From the NCBI GenBank assembly GCA_037445065.1, contig JBBILD010000001.1:32001-96000 (forward strand): a stretch of 64,000 nt of DNA, written 5' to 3'. This DNA comes from Myxococcales bacterium. GTDB taxonomy: Bacteria; Desulfobacterota; Binatia; HRBIN30. The notes below the pieces were generated by a model. It was not told where the DNA came from, made no database searches, and saw nothing but the letters and a program-made list of their open reading frames with translations. This document shows, piece by piece, positions 39,555 to 47,810 of the stretch; the first letter of the stretch is position 1, and each line of letters begins with the position of its first letter. Position numbers and translations under genes: made by a program.

Positions 39555-39908
39555 TTACTGTGGCCAGCCGCCGGACTGTTTTCCACTAGGGGATTCCAAA
39601 GAAAACAGCGGCCCGCGCAGATAGGTGCTACGGCACTGAGGACATCGGCTCGGTTTCGAAAGGCGATCGCGCTCCGAAAATTGGAATCCGCATTTGAGGC
39701 ACTGAGCCGGATGGACAAGAAATTTCCCTGTCCGGGTAGCCGAACGCCGTAGGTGCTCCAGGTGCGAAGCCAACTCCTTTTCTGAAATTTTCAAACGTTG
39801 GGAGAGGCAACGCAGCGAATGTACGCCTTGCTCCAGAAGCTGCGCGAGTTGCTGTCGGATCGTTTGATCCCGAGATCCGGTGCCGGGCTGTGTCGGGCGC
39901 GGTGGCAT
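39555..39908 (-). CDS. HTH plus zinc-ribbon transcriptional regulator (COG3357-like)
   Basis: TIRQQL...HLEHL..S; PAQCLKCGF.F...KPSRCPQCRS. Confidence 0.85.
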   Translation of the reverse strand: MPPRPTQPGTGSRDQTIRQQLAQLLEQGVHSLRCLSQRLKISEKELASHLEHLRRSATRTGKFLVHPAQCLKCGFQFSERDRLSKPSRCPQCRSTYLRGPLFSLESPSGKQSGGWPQ

Positions 39909-39962
39909 CGTCGAGCGCTTCTCATTTCTTTTATAGTCTGGTTGAGTTACGCGTGTAAGGGT

Positions 39963-40631
39963 ATGTCCAAGGAACCTGTTGGTGACTTTGCACGCGCCCG
40001 GAACGGCTTAATCGAGGAGTTGCGCCAGGACGGGATTCGGGATCCTCGAGTCTTGCAAGCGATCGCGCGGGTCCCGCGCGAGGAGTTCGTGCTGCTGCGG
40101 GATCGGGATCGCGCGTATGAAAATCGCGCTTTGCCAATCGAGCGCGGCCAGACAATCTCGCAGCCATTGATCGTTGCAATGATGACTGAGCTTTTGGAGC
40201 TGAAAGGCGGCGAGAAGGTGCTCGAAGTGGGAACGGGCTCTGGCTATCAAGCAGCGGTCTTAAGCCTGCTGTGTGGTTCGGTGTTTTCGATCGAAATTGA
40301 TGCGGATTTGGCGGAACAAGCACGCGAGCGCCTCAGCCGCCTGGGCTACTCCAACGTCCAGGTTCGAGTTGGAGACGGTTTCTATGGCTGGCCTGAAGAA
40401 GCGCCGTTTGACGCGATCATCGTGACGGCGGTGGCGCCCCGGATTCCCGAGCCACTGATCGAACAGCTGAAGCCGCAGGGCGTACTCGTCTTGCCCTTAG
40501 AAGAAGGCTGGAGTGAGACCTTAGTGCGCGTTCGCAAGTTGGAAGATGGCTCTCTTCAGAAAGAGCGCTTTGGCGCGGTTGCTTTTGTGCCCATGCGGGG
40601 AGCCATCCGCGCACAGGAAGCGCAGCACTGA
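39963..40631 (+). CDS. pcm: Protein-L-isoaspartate O-methyltransferase
   Basis: VPREEFV, GQTISQP, LEVGTGSGYQAA, GWPEEAPFDAI, FVPM. Confidence 0.96.
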   Translation: MSKEPVGDFARARNGLIEELRQDGIRDPRVLQAIARVPREEFVLLRDRDRAYENRALPIERGQTISQPLIVAMMTELLELKGGEKVLEVGTGSGYQAAVLSLLCGSVFSIEIDADLAEQARERLSRLGYSNVQVRVGDGFYGWPEEAPFDAIIVTAVAPRIPEPLIEQLKPQGVLVLPLEEGWSETLVRVRKLEDGSLQKERFGAVAFVPMRGAIRAQEAQH

Positions 40632-40722
40632 CCTCTCGTACGCTTGGCAATGCGTGAAATGTGCGGTATGGCGGACGCTGGCGGTCATTGATGGCCCTGT
40701 GAGAATGGGAGGACGTGAGTTT

Positions 40723-41136
40723 ATGAGAGGGAAGGCTTCGTTGGGGATTTTGTTTGTGTGGATCGGGGGATTGCTGAGCGTTGGCGCTGCAAGAGCTAAG
40801 GAACCACCACCTCCGGCAAAGGCCGCGTACTTGAGATACTGCTCGGCGTGCCACGGAGCGACAGGGAAGGGCGACGGGGTGGTGTCGCATTTGATGAATC
40901 CCCGGCCAGCCGACCTCACGCAGCTCGCAAAGAAGAACAGAGGAGAGTTCCCGTTCCTGCGGATTATCCGGATCATTGATGGACGTGAAACGCTCCGCGC
41001 GCACGGTGACCCTGATATGCCTGTGTGGGGAGAGATTTTTGCGTCAGAAGTGGTTGGTTCCCTGCACAAAGAGGCTGCAATTCGGGGGAAAGTGCTACTG
41101 ATCACAGAGTACCTGGAATCCATCCAGGAGAGATAA
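40723..41136 (+). CDS. Monoheme class I cytochrome c
   Basis: Signal peptide, CSACHG..G.GDG, PADLT, HG..DMPVWG. Confidence 0.92.
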   Translation: MRGKASLGILFVWIGGLLSVGAARAKEPPPPAKAAYLRYCSACHGATGKGDGVVSHLMNPRPADLTQLAKKNRGEFPFLRIIRIIDGRETLRAHGDPDMPVWGEIFASEVVGSLHKEAAIRGKVLLITEYLESIQER

Positions 41137-41173
41137 AGTTTGGTCGTGGACGGTTTGCTCCCCGCGGGTGAAT

Positions 41174-42679
41174 TCAGAAACCGAACGTTACCAGGTCGGA
41201 CTGCGTTCTTGCATAGCTGAGCGCGAATTCCAACTGCGCTTTAGTCTGCGCGTGTACCTCGAAGATTGGTTCCCCTTTTTCCACGACGTCTCCGACCGTT
41301 CGTAAAAGCCGCACTCCGGAGGCCACGTTGGCAGGTGCCCCAGCCTGCTTAGCTACTCTGGCCATGTGCCAACAGTGAATGGCGCGGACCCGCCCGTCCG
41401 CAGGGGAAAGATACGGCTCTTGAAAAGGTGCTGCGGGTGGGAAGGGCTTGCGGCCTTGAGCGTCGAGAATTCGTTCGAAGGCCCTTTCCGCAGCACCGGA
41501 ATCGAGCGCCTGTGCAGCCGTTCGATACCCTTGCCCTCCCACGACCGTACCAGACAGCTCGAGAATGCGAGCCGCCAAGTAGATGGACTTTTCGCGCAGG
41601 TCGACGGGCGCGCCAGGTTGTCGGTGCAGAACGGCCAGCACGTCCAGCGCTTCCAGCCTTGGTCCAATACCCCAACCGATAGGGCCGCGGGCCTCAGTGA
41701 TCGCGATATCCACGTTCAAATCGATCCGTCGAGCCACGTCGCGGAACAACTGCGCTAGGTGATCTGCTTGCTCGATTGAGCGCACTTTAGCGGTTGGGCC
41801 TACGGGAATGTCTAGTAAAACGTGGGTCGCTCCTGCCGTTTTCTTTTTGGACAGAATGGAGGCAACCATTTGTGCCTCGGTGTCAATTTCCATCGGCCGC
41901 TCGACGGTGATCAAGATATCGTCGGCTGGAGCCATGCCTAAGGCTCCTCCCCAGACGATACACGCTCTCGCGGTGTCGATGGCCCGGTAGAGCTGATCTG
42001 GGTCTAGTGCGACCTCAGCAAGCACTCCCATCGTGTCCGCTGTCCCAGCAGGACTCGTGATGGCTCGAGAGGATGTTTTCGGAACTGTGAGCCCGAGCGA
42101 AGCAAGAACTGGGATGACAATCATGGTTGTTCGATTTCCGGGTACTCCGCCAATGCAGTGCTTGTCTAAGATCGGGCCACGTTCGAAATGCAAGCTTTTG
42201 CCAGTGTGCACCATTGCATTCGTGAGGGCCACGAGCTCGTCGAGGTCGAGTGACCGCAGAGCGCAGGCGAGGACGAACATTGAAAGCTCGATTTTCGAGT
42301 AACGGTGGGCGACGATGTCACGGAGAATGGCTTCGAACTGTGCGGGCTCGAGCTTTTGGCCAGTCAATTTGGCGCGCACCAAGTCGAGACTTCGCGGCGC
42401 CGGGGAGTGCGCAGCGTGGACGAGGGTTCCTTCGGGGAGTTGCAGATCTCGGAAGGCTACTTCAGAGAGCCCGATTTCATCGGCGGCGAGCAGCCCGTTT
42501 CGACAAAAGTTCAAGATGCCTGTGATCTCCCGCCCGTCCGTGGAAAGCGTCGCTGCGCTCCAGACCCGCACCCGGTCCAGAGGGCGGAATCCCAAGTTGC
42601 CCTTTTCGACAGCAGACTCGTGTATGAACACGACGCGCTCGCTGAGGGTATCGATGTGCATCCGCCGGAGTTTGAACAT
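41174..42679 (-). CDS. Thymidine phosphorylase family, AMP phosphorylase-like
   Basis: DKHCIGGVPGNRTT, PKTSSRAITSPAGTAD, ASILSKK; GAGGAGG RBS. Confidence 0.92.
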   Translation of the reverse strand: MFKLRRMHIDTLSERVVFIHESAVEKGNLGFRPLDRVRVWSAATLSTDGREITGILNFCRNGLLAADEIGLSEVAFRDLQLPEGTLVHAAHSPAPRSLDLVRAKLTGQKLEPAQFEAILRDIVAHRYSKIELSMFVLACALRSLDLDELVALTNAMVHTGKSLHFERGPILDKHCIGGVPGNRTTMIVIPVLASLGLTVPKTSSRAITSPAGTADTMGVLAEVALDPDQLYRAIDTARACIVWGGALGMAPADDILITVERPMEIDTEAQMVASILSKKKTAGATHVLLDIPVGPTAKVRSIEQADHLAQLFRDVARRIDLNVDIAITEARGPIGWGIGPRLEALDVLAVLHRQPGAPVDLREKSIYLAARILELSGTVVGGQGYRTAAQALDSGAAERAFERILDAQGRKPFPPAAPFQEPYLSPADGRVRAIHCWHMARVAKQAGAPANVASGVRLLRTVGDVVEKGEPIFEVHAQTKAQLEFALSYARTQSDLVTFGF

Positions 42680-42777
42680 GAGCGACCTCCTCTCGATGTT
42701 GAGCCGTTTGTTATCTTTGTCCGCCCTGTTGGAAATTGTTGTCATGCGTTACGGGCGCGAGAAGGAAAGACCGGGAA

Positions 42778-44385
42778 ATGCAGGCTCGAGATCGTGGCGT
42801 TGATGCAATCACACGCGAGTTGTTCTTACACCGGCTTTCGGCGGTTTGCGAGGAGATGGGGGCTGCGCTCTGCAAAAGTGCGTTTTCTGCAAACATCAAG
42901 GAGCGCCGCGACTTTTCCTGCGCGTTGTTCGACGGGGCGGGCCAATTGGTGGCACAGGCGGCGCACATCCCCGTTCACCTCGGTTCCACGCAGTTGGCAG
43001 TGAAGGAAGCCCTTGGTCTCGTCACAATGTCGGCGGGCGACGTGGCAGCCGTGAACGATCCGTTTGCGGGAGGAACGCACCTCCCCGATCTGACGCTCGT
43101 TGCCCCTGTGGTTTTGTCTGGTCGCTCCCGACCGCTGGCCTTCGTAGCTGTGCGTGCGCACCACGCAGACATGGGCGGTATGGTTCCGGGATCCATGCCA
43201 CTCTCTGAAGAGATCTTTCAGGAAGGCCTTCGGATCCCGCCGGTCTTGTGTGTGCGCAATCGCCGCTGGGTACCGGAGTTTCTGCGGCTCTTCCTTGCAA
43301 ACACACGCGTTCCTGAAGAGCGCCAGGGCGACCTCTTTGCTCAGCTGGCTGCGATCCGCATCGGGCAAGCGCGGATGGCGGGCTTGTGTCGGCGCTTTGG
43401 TGCAAGAGTGCTCGAGACGGTCATGGCGTCCTTGCTGGACTACTCAGAGCAACTGGCTCGTGCACTCATTGCCCGGATTCCGAACGGGCGATACACGGGG
43501 CAAGACGTTCTCGATGATGATGGTCGGGGCACCCGTGGGATTCAGCTTCGCGTTGCGCTCGAAGTCAAACGTGACTCGATGCGGGTGGATTTTTCGGGTT
43601 CCTCGCCTCAGGTGGCTGGTTGCCTGAACGCAAACGCTGCCATCACCTGGGCAGCGGTTTTGTACGTGCTGCAGACCTTGGCCGGTGGGCGAATTCCGCC
43701 AAACGCGGGCTTGATGCGGCGGCTGGAGGTGGTTGCTCCGGAGGGGTCCATCGTAAACGCCCGTTTTCCTGCGGCAGTGGCGGGTGGCAACGTAGAAACC
43801 TCGCAGAGGTTGGTGGACGTTCTTTTTCGTGCTCTCGCCCGTGCGTTGCCGGAAGAGATCCCTGCCGCCAGCGGGGGCACGATGAACAACTTGGCCCTTG
43901 GTGGTTACGACCCCATCCGCAGCCGCTTCTTTACCTACTACGAGACGATCGCCAGTGGGGCAGGGGCTGGCCCGAGTGGCCGCGGTGCGGATGGCATCCA
44001 CACCCACATGACAAACACCTGGAACACACCGATTGAAGCTTTGGAAGCCGCATACCCCGTCCGGGTCACAGCGTACCGCATCCGAGTGCGCTCGGGTGGG
44101 GAAGGACGCCACCGGGGAGGTGCTGGAGTTGTCCGGGAAATAGAGGTGCTTTGCCCGCTGCGCTTCTCCCTATTGAGCGAACGCAGGGTATTCCCCCCTT
44201 GGGGTTTGCTCGGGGCTCAACCTGGCCGGCGGGGCCGGAACGTGCAAGTAGGACGGAACGGTAGGAAGTGGTTACTCCCCGGCAAGGTCGAAGGCCAGCT
44301 GGCGCCGGGAGAACGACTTCGGATCGAAACCCCGGGGGCTGGGGGGTGGGGCCGAAAGCGGGGAAGGGGTGCACGGGGGAAGTAG
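42778..44385 (+). CDS. Hydantoinase B/oxoprolinase family protein
   Basis: S.NIKERRDFSCA, HIPVHLG, NDPF.GGTHLPD, HHAD.GG, GNVETSQR, TPG.GG.G. Confidence 0.95.
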   Translation: MQARDRGVDAITRELFLHRLSAVCEEMGAALCKSAFSANIKERRDFSCALFDGAGQLVAQAAHIPVHLGSTQLAVKEALGLVTMSAGDVAAVNDPFAGGTHLPDLTLVAPVVLSGRSRPLAFVAVRAHHADMGGMVPGSMPLSEEIFQEGLRIPPVLCVRNRRWVPEFLRLFLANTRVPEERQGDLFAQLAAIRIGQARMAGLCRRFGARVLETVMASLLDYSEQLARALIARIPNGRYTGQDVLDDDGRGTRGIQLRVALEVKRDSMRVDFSGSSPQVAGCLNANAAITWAAVLYVLQTLAGGRIPPNAGLMRRLEVVAPEGSIVNARFPAAVAGGNVETSQRLVDVLFRALARALPEEIPAASGGTMNNLALGGYDPIRSRFFTYYETIASGAGAGPSGRGADGIHTHMTNTWNTPIEALEAAYPVRVTAYRIRVRSGGEGRHRGGAGVVREIEVLCPLRFSLLSERRVFPPWGLLGAQPGRRGRNVQVGRNGRKWLLPGKVEGQLAPGERLRIETPGAGGWGRKRGRGARGK

Positions 44386-44450
44386 CGGAGGTCTGGCCGG
44401 AGCTGCTTCCCCCGTGCGGGTTGGGAGGGAAGGGGAGGGGTTGAGGAAGA

Positions 44451-44987
44451 TCACGCCGCAGCAGGCGGTGCCGCGACCGGTTTGGCACCTGTACCGGATC
44501 GTTCGCGCCGCTCCAAACGAGAGAGTCGCTTTTCAAGCGCGTCCAATCTCTCGCATGCCCGCCGAAGCTCCGTGTGCGTAGCCAGATCCAGGCGCTGCGA
44601 AAGGAATCTCCGTGCTCGCTGCTCGAGTCGGTTGGCCGCCAGGCGTAACGGTTCCCGCAGCTGCCGCCTCCAGGTTGCGAACTGTTTCGTGAGTTGACGC
44701 GATGATACCGAGAGGCGTCCCTCGAGCATTTCGAGTTGGCGGCGGGCAAGCTTCTCAACATCCTGCCAGATTTGCTCGCTTTGCGTGCGCATCTCACGAC
44801 TGATCTGCGCGGCTCGTTTCTCGGCAGCACGCCCCGCTGCCGCGATTCGCTTGCGCGTGTCCTGCAGCAAACGGGCCGTATTGTCGGGAAACAAGCGCAC
44901 AACGCGGTCAATCTGAGCGGTCACCGTGTCCGTCACCGGAGTCGAACCTTTTGGCACCCGTGGCTTCGCAGCCATTTTCCTTGCCAT
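44451..44987 (-). CDS. Coiled-coil, phasin-like (PHA granule-associated) protein
   Basis: Amphipathic helices; LDLAT..EL..ACERLDALEKRL C-terminus resembles phasin/PhaF-like proteins; AGGAGG RBS. Confidence 0.6.
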   Translation of the reverse strand: MARKMAAKPRVPKGSTPVTDTVTAQIDRVVRLFPDNTARLLQDTRKRIAAAGRAAEKRAAQISREMRTQSEQIWQDVEKLARRQLEMLEGRLSVSSRQLTKQFATWRRQLREPLRLAANRLEQRARRFLSQRLDLATHTELRRACERLDALEKRLSRLERRERSGTGAKPVAAPPAAA

Positions 44988-45008
44988 GAGAGAACCTCCT
45001 GACCAGGC

Positions 45009-45050
45009 CATATAACGCGGTGCATCATACATGTCAATGCACTGCGTCAT
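45009..45050 (-). promoter_or_regulatory. sigma70 promoter TTGACA-N17-TATATG overlapped by an inverted-repeat operator
   Basis: On the + strand ATAACGCGGTGCAT-N11-ATGCACTGCGTCAT (12/14 inverted repeat) straddles the -35. Confidence 0.65.
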
Positions 45051-45168
45051 GGTTGTGCGAGGCGCGGTCCCTGGTCCAGCGCCGTAAACCTCCCAGAAAC
45101 CAAGTTGAGGAAGCGGCAGAGGTGCGGCCCTAGGAGAAAGGACCCCACCGTCTGGAAAAGGGTGGGAG

Positions 45169-45242
45169 TGGTCGCACGTGGACTCGAACCACGGGCCTCC
45201 TGCATGTGAGGCAGGCGCTCTAACCAGCTGAGCTATGCGACC
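45169..45242 (-). tRNA. tRNA-Val (CAC); CCA not encoded
   Basis: GGTCGCATAGCTCAGCTGGTTAGAGCGCCTGCCTCACATGCAGGAGGCCCGTGGTTCGAGTCCACGTGCGACCA cloverleaf. Confidence 0.95.
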
Positions 45243-45368
45243 ATGAGCGAAACGTGCCGCTAACACATGCGGCCCGTGGTCGCAAGAAGAGTACGTGCCA
45301 CCTTGGAAGAAGATCCTTGCTTGGGGAAGCCCGTGCGATAGAGTGCCGGAGCTTCAGGAGGCTTTGGG

Positions 45369-46373
45369 ATGAGTGTCGCCATGTGGGCAAAGGCGGTTCG
45401 AGTAATCCCACGGGTTGATAAAACGGAGTGGGAGCAACTCGACGTCATCTCTCGCTGGTTGATTGCAACGCGCTCTGCGGTCTTGGTGATGACCTTGAAT
45501 TCCGCTGTGCTGGCAGGATTGTTGGCCTGGCGGGATGGAAAATTTTCGTTTTTGCCCTGGCTGTTGGTGACGGTTGGGCTTTTGCTCGCGCACGCTACGA
45601 ATAATCTGGTGAACGACCTCACCGACCACTGGAAGGGTGTTGACCGGGACAACTATTTCCGGGCTCAGTACGGCCCGCAGCCGCTCGAGCATGGTTTGCT
45701 CTCGATTCGCGAAGTGCTCGCTTACATCGCGGTGACCGGAGGGACCGCGTTGCTTGTGGGGCTGGTGCTGGTTTACTGGAGGGGTGCACCAGTTGCGGCT
45801 TTGCTCGCAGCAGGCGCGTTCTTTGTACTGTTTTATACTTGGCCGCTGAAATTCATTGGCTTGGGCGAGCCAGCTGTGGTGGCTGTGTGGGGGCCGCTGA
45901 TGGTGGGTGGCGGGTATTTTGTCGTAACCGGAGAGCTTCGCGGAAGCATACTTTGGGCAAGTTTGCCACTCGCCTTGGCGGCCACCAGCGTGCTGTTTGG
46001 TAAACATATCGACAAGCACGATGCTGACCGAGAAAAAAGAATTTATACCCTGCCGGTACTCTTGGGCGAGCGGGCCGCGCGCTGGGTGGCGGTTGTCTTG
46101 ATAATCGCGATGTACGCGGTGACACTGGCGCTGGTCTTGAGCGGTGCGTTCGGTTGGCCCCTCTTACTGGTCGTTGGTGCGCTGCCTGCGGGTCACCTGG
46201 CGGTACGGGTGTACTTGCAGCCGCGACCAAAAACTCCTCCCGAGGAATATCCACTAGGAATCTGGCCGTTGTGGTATTCTGCGTTTGCGTTTCGCCACAC
46301 GCGCCGGTTCGGCGCCCTGTTCTTGTTGGGCACGGCGCTAGAAGCCGGCATGTGGCGTCTGTTCGGCGGTTGA
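45369..46373 (+). CDS. menA: UbiA-family prenyltransferase, MenA-like
   Basis: NNLVND..D..KGVD, YT.PLK.IGLGE, D...D......TL.V.LG; multiple TM helices. Confidence 0.75.
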   Translation: MSVAMWAKAVRVIPRVDKTEWEQLDVISRWLIATRSAVLVMTLNSAVLAGLLAWRDGKFSFLPWLLVTVGLLLAHATNNLVNDLTDHWKGVDRDNYFRAQYGPQPLEHGLLSIREVLAYIAVTGGTALLVGLVLVYWRGAPVAALLAAGAFFVLFYTWPLKFIGLGEPAVVAVWGPLMVGGGYFVVTGELRGSILWASLPLALAATSVLFGKHIDKHDADREKRIYTLPVLLGERAARWVAVVLIIAMYAVTLALVLSGAFGWPLLLVVGALPAGHLAVRVYLQPRPKTPPEEYPLGIWPLWYSAFAFRHTRRFGALFLLGTALEAGMWRLFGG

Positions 46374-46410
46374 TAAAGGCCTGACAAAAGTCCTCGTTTC
46401 GGAGGTCAGT

Positions 46411-47691
46411 ATGGGCGTCGAAATACAGCAGGCACCCGTGGAGCAGCTCGACATCATTAGTGCGAGAACCTACGGAGAACACGGTTATCCGCACGAGGCC
46501 TGGGCCAGGCTGCGTCGTGAAGCTCCGGTCTGTTTCATGCGACCGCCCGGTTACCGCCCTTTTTGGGCGATCACGAAGCACGCTGATGTGATCGAGGTCT
46601 CCACGCAACCGGATAAGTTCAAAAGCGCGGGGCGATTCATCCTGTTTCCCGAGGCTGCTGAGTCCTCTGGACCTCGTCTCGAAGAAGACCCGCCCCTGCG
46701 TATGCTGGTTAACATGGATCCCCCGGAACACCGAACCTACCGACGTCTCGTTAGCGGTTGGTTTACACCTCGAGCGATTGCCCGCTTGGAGCAACGGCTG
46801 GTCGAAATCACGCACGAAATCTTTGATGATCTCGCTGGCGACGGCGGTTGGCGCGAATGCGACTTTGTGCGTGATGTGGCGGCTCTCCAGCCCTTGCGGA
46901 TGATCACAGAGATCCTGGGGATTCCCAGACAAGATGAGCAGTTCGTGTTGCGGGTGACAAACGAAAACTTCGGCCTCGAGGACCCCGAGTTTCAGCGACC
47001 TGGTGACACGCGTGCGGAGCGCTTGGGTTTTTTGCAAGAAGCGTTTGCCTATTTACAGCAGATCACGGAAGACCGGCGCGCGAACCCGCGCGAAGATTTG
47101 AGTACGGTGCTGGCGCACGCCACGATCAACGGAGAGCCGGTACCGCAATTTGAGTTGTTTTCGCTGTATTTCTTGATCATGGTCGCTGGGCATGACACCA
47201 CCAGGAACTCAATTGCAGGAGGTCTCCTGGCCTTGATCGAGCACCCACAGGAGCTGGCACGGCTTCGCGCAAATCCCCACCTCATTGAAACCGGAGCGGA
47301 CGAAATTGTTCGCTGGACAAGCCCTGTGATTCACTTTTCCCGCACGGCGACGGTGGACTACGAGCTGCGTGGCCAGAGGATCCGCAAGGGGGACTCGGTG
47401 GCTTTGTTTTATCCGTCCGCGAATCGTGACGAAGAAGTATTCCCGGACCCGTTTGTTTTCCGCTTGGATCGGGAACCCAATCCACACTTGGGGTTTGGAG
47501 TCGGAGAGCATTTCTGTTTGGGAGCGCACTTGGCACGGCTCGACATCAAGGTGTTTTTTCGAGAGTTCGCGCGCCGTGTCGAGGCAATCGAACTTGCCGG
47601 CCCCGTGGAGCGCTTACACGCTAGTTTTGTCGGGGGTCCCAAGCGCATGCCCATTCGGTGGCGGCTAAAGCCGCGCGCCGCCGTAAACTGA
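46411..47691 (+). CDS. Cytochrome P450
   Basis: DPPEH, AGHDTT (I-helix), EIVR (ExxR), FGVGEHFCLG heme Cys. Confidence 0.96.
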   Translation: MGVEIQQAPVEQLDIISARTYGEHGYPHEAWARLRREAPVCFMRPPGYRPFWAITKHADVIEVSTQPDKFKSAGRFILFPEAAESSGPRLEEDPPLRMLVNMDPPEHRTYRRLVSGWFTPRAIARLEQRLVEITHEIFDDLAGDGGWRECDFVRDVAALQPLRMITEILGIPRQDEQFVLRVTNENFGLEDPEFQRPGDTRAERLGFLQEAFAYLQQITEDRRANPREDLSTVLAHATINGEPVPQFELFSLYFLIMVAGHDTTRNSIAGGLLALIEHPQELARLRANPHLIETGADEIVRWTSPVIHFSRTATVDYELRGQRIRKGDSVALFYPSANRDEEVFPDPFVFRLDREPNPHLGFGVGEHFCLGAHLARLDIKVFFREFARRVEAIELAGPVERLHASFVGGPKRMPIRWRLKPRAAVN

Positions 47692-47810
47692 CCGGCGGCT
47701 ACGCTTCCCCGCCGGTGTCCACGTAAGCGGCAGCCGGGTGGAGCCACGCATCTATGTTGCTCTTCCCGTGTCGATCCGCCGCCCTCAGTTTGCCAAACGA
47801 CCAACGGTGC

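Noticed and set aside
45853..47037. Long antisense or alternate-frame ORFs (also 4662-5528, 53154-54113, 57566-58489, 565-1152 and others)
   Set aside because: They shadow well-supported genes and carry no motifs, as expected in GC-rich DNA.
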